From: Bacillota bacterium
GTDB lineage: Bacteria; Bacillota_I; Bacilli_A; RF39; UBA660
Direction: 5' to 3'
Assembly: GCA_015059485.1 (NCBI GenBank)
Contig: SVAH01000007.1
Span: 3,011-67,010, forward strand
Length of the DNA: 64,000 nucleotides
A program made the translations under genes and the position numbers. Positions 9,071 through 16,190 of the stretch are shown in pieces. The notes beneath the pieces were generated by a model. The model ran no database searches. It worked only from the letters and a program-made list of their open reading frames with translations, and was not told the origin of the DNA. How positions within the stretch are numbered: position 1 is the first letter of the stretch; each line of letters starts with the position of its first letter.

Positions 9071-9703
9071 ATGAAAAATAAAAAGTTAATTAATTGGTTA
9101 TGCTTATCTGGCATTATTAGTATTATATTTTACTTATTACATGATATAGTTGGTGCTATGAACTATCCTGGATATAACTGGATGAGTCAGGCAGTAAGTG
9201 ATTTAACATCTACTGATGCACCATCATTTGTTGTAGCAAGTGGATTTACAACAGTATATAAAGTATTAACTTGTTTATGTTGTGCATTATTATGCATATT
9301 AGTAAAAAATGAAGATAAGAAAACATTAAGAATTGGAGTGTACTTATTTTCTATAATGAATTTTATATCCGCAATAGGATATGCATTATTTCCATTATCT
9401 AGTGCAGGATATGATGGAAGTATTCAAAGTTTTATTCACGTATATATCCTAACTACTTTAGTTGTTTTATTATCAATAGTATCTCTTGTATTAATTGCTA
9501 TTGGTTCATTTAAAAGCAAATATAAGTTACTTGGAATACTTGCAATAACATCACTTGTATTAATGTTTTTAGGAGCTGTAGGTAGTGCAAATGTACCAAA
9601 AGATATATTTGGTGTAGTAGAAAGATTGAGTACATATAGTGCAGTAGTATTTACTGGTATACTAGGAATATTTGGATTCAAAATAAACACATCAAAAGAT
9701 TAA
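9071..9703 (+). CDS. Polytopic membrane protein (DUF998-like)
   Basis: Six predicted TM helices. Family assignment is from memory only. Confidence 0.4.
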   Translation: MKNKKLINWLCLSGIISIIFYLLHDIVGAMNYPGYNWMSQAVSDLTSTDAPSFVVASGFTTVYKVLTCLCCALLCILVKNEDKKTLRIGVYLFSIMNFISAIGYALFPLSSAGYDGSIQSFIHVYILTTLVVLLSIVSLVLIAIGSFKSKYKLLGILAITSLVLMFLGAVGSANVPKDIFGVVERLSTYSAVVFTGILGIFGFKINTSKD

Positions 9704-9848
9704 GATGAAAGATAACAAATGTAAGAAGTAGGAATATTCCACTTGAAAAAAATATTTCATTCCGTATTATACTAAAATGAATTAATATGGTAAAAAAACT
9801 AGATTATTAATCTAGTTTTTTTATGATATAATTTTATTAGGTGATAAT

Positions 9849-10331
9849 ATGCAAATAATTGAATATGAAGAAAAATACTTAGAAGATGTTAAAGATTTAT
9901 TAGTAGAACTAGAAGAATACATATTAACTATTGATAAAGATCATCTAGATCAATTGCATCCAGAATATCGTGATAAGATGGCTATATTAGATTTAGAAGA
10001 AGTTAAAAACAATAATGGTAAATGCTTTATAGCTGTAGAAAATAATAAAGCAGTAGCAGTAATAATGGGAATAGTTGGAACATATGATGAGTATGACTAT
10101 TTGGATTATAAGTGTCCAAAAAGGGGAAAAATTACAGAATTAATAGTATCAAAAAATGTAAGAAGTAGTGGACTAGGGCAACAACTAATGAAAAAAATGG
10201 AAGATTATTTTAAGAGTATAGGATGCGAGTATGTTGTGATTGATGTATTTGCATATAACGATCTAGCTATCAATTTTTATAACAAGCAAGGATATCATAC
10301 AAGAGGATTAGCTGATATTAAAAGATTATAG
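9849..10331 (+). CDS. GNAT family N-acetyltransferase
   Basis: Acetyl-CoA motif A VRSSGLGQQLMKKM; size about 160 aa. Confidence 0.8.
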   Translation: MQIIEYEEKYLEDVKDLLVELEEYILTIDKDHLDQLHPEYRDKMAILDLEEVKNNNGKCFIAVENNKAVAVIMGIVGTYDEYDYLDYKCPKRGKITELIVSKNVRSSGLGQQLMKKMEDYFKSIGCEYVVIDVFAYNDLAINFYNKQGYHTRGLADIKRL

Positions 10332-10340
10332 GAGATATTT

Positions 10341-10745
10341 ATGAAACAATATAATATAGTTGTAATTTTTAACAAAGAAATGAATAAGACTTTAATGTGC
10401 AAAAGAACTAAAGAACCATATATAGGTATGTATAATTTAGTTGGTGGTAAAATAGAAAAAGAAAATGATGGTTTAAATGAAGCATATAGAGAATTAGTTG
10501 AAGAAACTAATATTAGCAAAAATGATGTAGAGTTAAAACATTTTATGAATATAGAATATGTTTCATTTAATAAATCATTAGAGGTTTATTATGGAATATT
10601 AAATAAAGATGTTGAACTAGTAGAAGAAGTTAATAAACTTGAATGGGTAGATATAAATGATAATTTCTTTGATATGACAAAGTATGCTGGCGAAGGAAAT
10701 ATTGGACATATAATTGAAGAAATAAAAATAGATTTAAATAAATAA
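10341..10745 (+). CDS. NUDIX hydrolase
   Basis: Nudix box GGKIEKENDGLNEAYRELVEETN. Confidence 0.85.
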   Translation: MKQYNIVVIFNKEMNKTLMCKRTKEPYIGMYNLVGGKIEKENDGLNEAYRELVEETNISKNDVELKHFMNIEYVSFNKSLEVYYGILNKDVELVEEVNKLEWVDINDNFFDMTKYAGEGNIGHIIEEIKIDLNK

Positions 10746-10755
10746 CAATTAAAAT

Positions 10756-10884
10756 AAGTCATTTTAGTCAGAAATAGAATGATATATTGTTCTAATAGGT
10801 ATGGGTAACAAGCTGCAATTAAAGTGAGAAAAAATTAGAACGCATAAGGTGAATGTAAGACTAGATGATTAATCTAGTCTTTTT
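10756..10884 (+). repeat. Junction repeat family A, copy 4
   Basis: AAGTCATTTTAGT at 10756..10768. Core ACAAGCTGCAATTAAAG at 10808..10824 (remnant QAAIKVRKN*, TAG stop). Hairpin AAGACTAGAT..ATCTAGTCTTTTT at 10857..10884. Confidence 0.75.
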
Positions 10885-10910
10885 GTGGTATAATTAATTT
10901 AGGTGATAAT

Positions 10911-11423
10911 ATGGAAAAAATAATTACAAATGATTATAATCTAAAAGATGAAGATATGACTGAACTTGTAGTAAGAGTTAAAATATTATTAATTAATAGT
11001 AATAATGAAATTCTATTAGGTTATTCACATAATGAATATCAATGTCCAGGTGGGCATGTTGAAGAAGGTGAAAATCTAATAAGTGCTATTAATCGAGAAG
11101 TACAAGAAGAAACAGGTATAGAATTAAATATTAAAGATGCTGAACCATTTGCATGCTCAATAGGCTATTATAAGGATTGGCCAGCAGTTGGCAAAAATAG
11201 AAAGATTGAAATTTATTATTACGAGATTAAGACAGATGAAAAACCAAATTTAGCTAATACAAAGTATACTGAATCAGAAAAGAAAGGTAATTTTGAATTA
11301 AGATACATCCCAATAGAAAACGTGGAAAATGAGTTTATTAAAAATGCTGAAATCTATGAAGATAAACACGGTATAGCAAAAGAAATGTTAAAAGTATTTA
11401 AAATATATAAAAATATAAATTAA
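10911..11423 (+). CDS. NUDIX hydrolase
   Basis: Nudix box PGGHVEEGENLISAINREVQEETGI. Confidence 0.85.
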   Translation: MEKIITNDYNLKDEDMTELVVRVKILLINSNNEILLGYSHNEYQCPGGHVEEGENLISAINREVQEETGIELNIKDAEPFACSIGYYKDWPAVGKNRKIEIYYYEIKTDEKPNLANTKYTESEKKGNFELRYIPIENVENEFIKNAEIYEDKHGIAKEMLKVFKIYKNIN

Positions 11424-11428
11424 TATAC

Positions 11429-11541
11429 AAGTCATTTTAGTCTTAATCGTCCCAAACTTGCCTATAGTACAAGCTGCAATTAAAGCAAAGAAATAATTGA
11501 ATGCAAAAGACTAAGTAAATGTCGTACAACTTAGTCTTTTT
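11429..11541 (+). repeat. Junction repeat family A, copy 5
   Basis: AAGTCATTTTAGT at 11429..11441. Core at 11469..11485 (remnant ...PIVQAAIKAKK*). Hairpin AAAAGACTAAGT..ACTTAGTCTTTTT at 11505..11541. Confidence 0.75.
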
Positions 11542-11570
11542 GTGCTATAATAAATTTAGGGGTGTCTACT

Positions 11571-12236
11571 ATGAAAAAAATAATTTGGATATTCGGAGAA
11601 TCAGCAACAGGAAAACTAACACTTATAAATAATCTATATAATAGTGATATTAATACAATTAATACTTTTAATATGAATAATAAAAAAATTAGTATTAGTG
11701 AAATAACTTTAGAAGATAGAAATCACGATAAATATGATAATGTTGTAGATATGGATTATTATGATGATTCTTTGATAGAAGAAGATGGACTTTATTTTAA
11801 TAAAGAAAATGCACTATTAAGAAGAAAAGGAATAATGTATGATATAGAAAACTTTTTAAATAACGATTCAGATGTTTTATTAATTAAAGGACAGGTTAAT
11901 GATATGAATACCAAAAGAGGTAATATTGTAGGCATTTTTTTAGATCAATATGCAAATAGAAATGATTTAGAAATAGAAGTATTTATATTACAAGTAACAG
12001 ATAAAGATATATTAAAAAATAGAATAGAAAGTAAACCTTGGTTTAAAGAATTTACTCATCAAGAAGAAAAAGATAGGTTATTAAGTGAAATACCTATTAA
12101 ACAAGAAAAACATAAGAATGATGTTATAAGTTGTTTTTCTAGTCATAGTATTCCAATAAGTATAATAGAGTCATTAAATAATAGTTATAGAATAGAAGGT
12201 GTTATAAATGGGAAAAGTAGTAATATTAGGAGGTAA
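11571..12236 (+). CDS. Hypothetical P-loop-like protein
   Basis: ATG at 11571. Degenerate Walker A GESATGKLT. 3' end overlaps the next gene by 29 nt. Confidence 0.35.
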   Translation: MKKIIWIFGESATGKLTLINNLYNSDINTINTFNMNNKKISISEITLEDRNHDKYDNVVDMDYYDDSLIEEDGLYFNKENALLRRKGIMYDIENFLNNDSDVLLIKGQVNDMNTKRGNIVGIFLDQYANRNDLEIEVFILQVTDKDILKNRIESKPWFKEFTHQEEKDRLLSEIPIKQEKHKNDVISCFSSHSIPISIIESLNNSYRIEGVINGKSSNIRR

Positions 12237-12759
12237 TGCTAGAAGTGGTAAAACTACACTAGCGTATAAATTACAAAAACAAGGATTTAATAGAATATCA
12301 TTTGATTTATTAAATACATATATTGAAGATGGATTAAATATTAATTTTGATGATCTAAGTGAAGAAAAAAAGTTTAATTTTTTTGAATCTGTTGTTAATG
12401 AAGCAGTAAGTGAATCAGAAAATGAAGATATTAATATAGTTGTAGATATGTATGATTATCTACCAAAAGATATAGAAAAGTTAAGTAATAAGGATAAAGT
12501 AGAAACTTATTTTTTTGCATATCCAGAATGTACAAAAGAAGAAATAAAATATAATGTAGTACATTATGCAAAGCCAACCGATTGGATAGCACAAGTAAAT
12601 GAAGAATACTTAAATAGTTGTGTTGATAGATTCTATGAAAGAAACAAAATATTAGTAGAAGAATGCAATAAGTATAATATAAATTTAATAGATACAAAAA
12701 GTGGAGATGAAAGAAATAAAATTATTGAAGATTTATTCAATAAAATAATTAATAAGTAG
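12208..12759 (+). CDS. P-loop NTPase / kinase-like protein (paralog of 160..723)
   Basis: Walker A GNARSGKTT. Collinear similarity to 160..723, including the KP.DW and SGD.RN motifs. Confidence 0.6.
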   Translation: MGKVVILGGNARSGKTTLAYKLQKQGFNRISFDLLNTYIEDGLNINFDDLSEEKKFNFFESVVNEAVSESENEDINIVVDMYDYLPKDIEKLSNKDKVETYFFAYPECTKEEIKYNVVHYAKPTDWIAQVNEEYLNSCVDRFYERNKILVEECNKYNINLIDTKSGDERNKIIEDLFNKIINK

Positions 12760-12790
12760 TCGAAGTCTTATTAATACCAAAATACATTCT

Positions 12791-12951
12791 AGTATATATT
12801 ACTGTAATATAAGGAATGCTTAAAGTACAAAAGAGCACTTAAAATGATATAAATTTCACCATCCCGAATGGAGCAGTTGTACAAGCTGCAATTAAAGAAT
12901 AGAAGAATTAATATAAAATGATTAAAAGACTAGGTAAGATAGTCTTTTTTT
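12791..12951 (+). repeat. Junction repeat family A, copy 6
   Basis: AGTATATATTACTGTAATATAAGGAATG at 12791..12818. Core at 12881..12897 (remnant ...GAVVQAAIKE*). Hairpin AAAAGACTAGGTAAGATAGTCTTTTTTT at 12924..12951. Confidence 0.75.
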
Positions 12952-13084
12952 GATATAATTTATATAGGTGATAATAATATGCATTTAGTAGAAATATTTG
13001 AAGGTATTGTTGGAGTTGGTTTTATTATTGCAGCTAATTGGCAGCAAACAGATTTTTGATGGAATATTTTACTCAAAAAAGTAA

Positions 13085-13969
13085 GTGCAGTGGTTAGTGA
13101 AAAAAATTCTAATTGGAGTATTTCTATTAATATTATTATCTGATAATTGTTATGCTATAGTAAAACCAACAAGTAAATTTTATGTAAATGATTATGCAAA
13201 CGTATTAACTGATGAAGTAGAAAGTTATATTTATAATAATAGTGTTAAATTATATAATGAAACATCTTCGCAAATAGTAGTTGTAACTGTTAAAAATCTT
13301 GAAGGTAAAGATTTAGAATCATATGCAACAGAGTTATTTAGAAATTTTGGAATAGGAGATAAGGAAAAAAATAACGGATTACTTTTATTACTTGCATTAG
13401 ATGAAAGGAAATCTAGAATTGAAGTGGGATATGGCCTTGAAGGAATTCTAACAGATGGAAAAACTGGAAGAATACAAGATGAATATATGATTCCATATTA
13501 TAAAGAAAATAACTTCAGTGAAGGAATGCTAAATGGTTATAAGGCTTTGTTTGAAATAGTGGCAAACGAATATGGATATACTGGGAAAGTAACTAAGGCA
13601 ACTAAAGTAAGTGAAGAAATAGAAATCCCTAATTCTATAGCTACTTTAATTGGATGTAAGTTAATACTTACTCTAGTATTGATTGCAATAGGGTTTAAAA
13701 ATAGAAAGATAAGATTTATTATTTTTTGTATATTAGAAATTGCAACTATTATTTTAGGCTATTTAACGTTTAAAATAGATCCTGCTCTAGCAATAACATT
13801 TGCATTTCTAGGTACAATATTCAATTTAGCCGTTAATGTAGATAATCAATCTAGTTTTTCTAGTGGTGGAAGACACTATAGCAGTGGGCACTCATATCAC
13901 AGTAGTGGTTCTTCTCATCATGGTGGTGGCGGTTCTTCAGGAGGTGGAGGCTCATCTAGATCTTTTTAA
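13085..13969 (+). CDS. TPM-domain (YgcG-like) membrane protein
   Basis: Signal/TM segment, YVNDYANVLTDE and GLLLLLALDERKSRIEVGYGLEG motifs, TM segments, Gly/Ser/His-rich tail. Start uncertain (GTG 13085 or 13097). Confidence 0.7.
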   Translation: MQWLVKKILIGVFLLILLSDNCYAIVKPTSKFYVNDYANVLTDEVESYIYNNSVKLYNETSSQIVVVTVKNLEGKDLESYATELFRNFGIGDKEKNNGLLLLLALDERKSRIEVGYGLEGILTDGKTGRIQDEYMIPYYKENNFSEGMLNGYKALFEIVANEYGYTGKVTKATKVSEEIEIPNSIATLIGCKLILTLVLIAIGFKNRKIRFIIFCILEIATIILGYLTFKIDPALAITFAFLGTIFNLAVNVDNQSSFSSGGRHYSSGHSYHSSGSSHHGGGGSSGGGGSSRSF

Positions 13970-13977
13970 GTTATAAT

Positions 13978-14020
13978 GCAATTAAAATAATCTAAAGCTA
14001 AGGTAAAACTAGCTTTTTTT
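13978..14020 (+). repeat. Short family A copy (GCAATTAAA + hairpin AAAGCTAAGGTAAAACTAGCTTTTTTT)
   Basis: Half core followed by a family-type terminator hairpin. Confidence 0.5.
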
Positions 14021-14096
14021 ATTTATAAAATATATAATACGCTAAACTAAATAATTTATAAAACTATGATATAATTGACATAGGTTGGTGATAAAA

Positions 14097-14573
14097 ATGT
14101 CTAAACTGTCAAATGTGCTAATGATGCTACAGTTACTTCAAAATAAGAGAAAGTATAGTATAAAGGAATTATCAGATAAGCTGGAAGTATCTCCAAGAAT
14201 GATAAGACAGTATAAAGATGAATTAGAATACGCAGGTATTTATATTGAAACAATATATGGGCCTTATGGAGGTTATGTATTAAATCAAGATGTTAAGATA
14301 CCAGAAAAATTTATTAAACCAGAAAATATTAAATTAGATAATAAAGAATATTATAATTTATTAAGTAAATGTATTAATAGTCATAATAAATGTTATATAG
14401 AGTATTATTCAAAAGAACACGATAAAATGACTAAGAGAATAATTAGACCATATAATTTAATGATACTAGATAATGAATGGGGAGTAGCGGCATATTGTGA
14501 AAACAAACAAGAAATAAGACATTTTTATTTAAATAGAATAACTTTAATAAAAGAATTAGATGAAAAGTTTTAA
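14097..14573 (+). CDS. Short HTH + WYL-domain transcriptional regulator
   Basis: ATG at 14097. HTH IKELSDKLEVSPRMIRQYKDEL. WYL-like RIIRPYNLMILDNEWGVAAYC. Confidence 0.55.
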   Translation: MSKLSNVLMMLQLLQNKRKYSIKELSDKLEVSPRMIRQYKDELEYAGIYIETIYGPYGGYVLNQDVKIPEKFIKPENIKLDNKEYYNLLSKCINSHNKCYIEYYSKEHDKMTKRIIRPYNLMILDNEWGVAAYCENKQEIRHFYLNRITLIKELDEKF

Positions 14574-14631
14574 TGTGACATAAATACTTCCTAATCTAGT
14601 TATATATTTATTTTAGAAAGAAGGTAAATAT

Positions 14632-15123
14632 ATGATTAAGTTAGATCAGTATCGTGATACTTGGATGTCACAAAAATTCGATGAAATTATTGGCTTTTAT
14701 CCTAGAGAATTTTATCCATTAGATAATTTTTCATCATTTAAAGTAGAATATAATGGATATTTATATTCATCTGCAGAGGAAGCTTTTCAAGTAAATTTAT
14801 TTATAGATGATTACCCAGAAATAGCAGAAGAAATTAAAAATAGTCATTCTGCACATGAAGCTCAAAAAATAAGATTTAAATACGAAAACAAAATAAAACT
14901 AAGTTCTAATGAAATATTAGAATTAATGGAAAAAATATTAAGGTGTAAAATAGAACAAAATCCTTATGTTTTGAAAAAATTATTAGAAACAAAAGAATAT
15001 ACTATAGTTGAAGATTCTCCCAAAGACAATTATTGGGGATGGGGAGTAAATAGAGATGGAGAAAACAAACTTGGAAAAATATGGATGAAATTAAGAGACG
15101 AATATAAAAATAAGTTATTATAG
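14632..15123 (+). CDS. NADAR (YbiA/DUF1768) family protein
   Basis: FYPLDNFSSF..YLYSSAEEAFQ, NYWGWG and NKLGKIWMKLRDE motifs. Confidence 0.7.
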   Translation: MIKLDQYRDTWMSQKFDEIIGFYPREFYPLDNFSSFKVEYNGYLYSSAEEAFQVNLFIDDYPEIAEEIKNSHSAHEAQKIRFKYENKIKLSSNEILELMEKILRCKIEQNPYVLKKLLETKEYTIVEDSPKDNYWGWGVNRDGENKLGKIWMKLRDEYKNKLL

Positions 15124-15225
15124 TCTAATTGTTTCATTCATTACTGCGAGGCAAGCTGAATTCAAATCGAAGGAAGTTGGGTTAAATATTTATTAATTTA
15201 TGTTATAATATTTATGGAGGTACTT

Positions 15226-15762
15226 ATGAATTGTATAAGAGTTTTAAAAGACGAAGATTTTGGGTTGAAGTCAATTGAATTTAATAATCCAAGAATAAGA
15301 TATGGGGCAAGAGGTATAGTTATACGTGATGATGATAAAATAGCTATTTTTAATAAATCTAATAAGAATGAGTATAAACTTCCTGGTGGAGGCGTTGATG
15401 AAGGCGAAAACATTGAAGAAGCTTTCAAAAGAGAAGTAATGGAAGAAACTGGATGTGAAATTGAAATAATTGGTAGATTAGGTACAATAGAAGAACATAA
15501 AAGTTTAGATAATTTTAAGCAAATATCACATGTGTTTGTAGGAAAGGTTATAAACGATACAAATAAATTAGAGTTGACTCAAAAAGAAAAAGATGAAGGT
15601 GCAAAACTTCTTTGGGTAACTAAAGAGGAAGGCTTAAGACTTATAACTGATTGTTATGAAAATTTAAAAGAATCTGAATATGAAAATCTATATCATAGTA
15701 GATTTATAATTAAAAGAGATAAATATATACTAGAGTACTACATTAATTTAGAAAATAAATAG
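15226..15762 (+). CDS. NUDIX hydrolase
   Basis: ATG at 15226 after GGAGGT. Nudix box PGGGVDEGENIEEAFKREVMEETGC. Confidence 0.85.
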   Translation: MNCIRVLKDEDFGLKSIEFNNPRIRYGARGIVIRDDDKIAIFNKSNKNEYKLPGGGVDEGENIEEAFKREVMEETGCEIEIIGRLGTIEEHKSLDNFKQISHVFVGKVINDTNKLELTQKEKDEGAKLLWVTKEEGLRLITDCYENLKESEYENLYHSRFIIKRDKYILEYYINLENK

Positions 15763-15813
15763 CTAGGTAGTGAAGCGAACTATTCATGGTTCACTTCAAA
15801 AACTTAGTCTTTT

Positions 15814-15842
15814 TTGACAAATTTACATAAAAGTGCTATAAT
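15814..15842 (+). promoter_or_regulatory. Sigma-A type promoter of the valS leader
   Basis: TTGACA (15814..15819), 17-nt spacer, TATAAT (15837..15842). Confidence 0.65.
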
Positions 15843-15849
15843 CTTCTCA

Positions 15850-16086
15850 TATTCAAAAAACGAGGAACAAGAGGAGTAAAATAGTTAGTAGCTATTAGGA
15901 ATGAAAGGTCACCGACTGAAAGCCTTTCTTAGTGAAGAGTATTTGAAGGTAGCTTGGGAGTTGTATATCTGAAAAAAGTAGTAGGATATAATGTTAGTCG
16001 CATTAAGACTTCAAGGTAATAGAAATATTACGAATTAAGGTGGTACCACGACAAGATCGTCCTTTATGGATGGCTTGTCTTTTTTG
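15850..16086 (+). promoter_or_regulatory. T-box riboswitch leader (Val)
   Basis: Stem I elements (AGGAGTA, distal GACTGAAAG loop). T-box AATTAAGGTGGTACCACG at 16034..16051. Terminator GACAAGATCGTCC..GGATGGCTTGTC plus T-run at 16050..16086. Candidate specifier GUA within GAAGGUAGC; the register is ambiguous. Confidence 0.8.
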
Positions 16087-16190
16087 ATTTTAGGAGATGA
16101 TTAAAATGAAATTTATTTTTAAGGGTGATTATGTACGAGTCTAATGATTTTAATTTACTAAAAATAATAAAATAAGAAGGAGAGATTAAA

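Noticed and set aside
12978-13058. A 26-codon ORF (MHLVEIFEGIVGVGFIIAANWQQTDF) after the family A promoter/SD, upstream of the TPM gene.
   Set aside because: It is too short and has no recognisable family. It could be a remnant of a lost gene (TPM genes are often paired with lemA), but this cannot be supported from the sequence alone.
1-15200. CRISPR array or classical integron as an explanation for the repeats.
   Set aside because: Repeat spacing is 0.6-8.6 kb and irregular, and the 'spacers' are whole genes, so this is not CRISPR. No intI-like gene or attI is adjacent and the repeats do not show the attC R''-L''/L'-R' layout, so this is not a classical integron. Only the logic is similar.
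16106-16144. A 12-codon ORF (MKFIFKGDYVRV) with an SD between the T-box terminator and valS.
   Set aside because: There is no evidence beyond the SD, and T-box regulation does not need a leader peptide.
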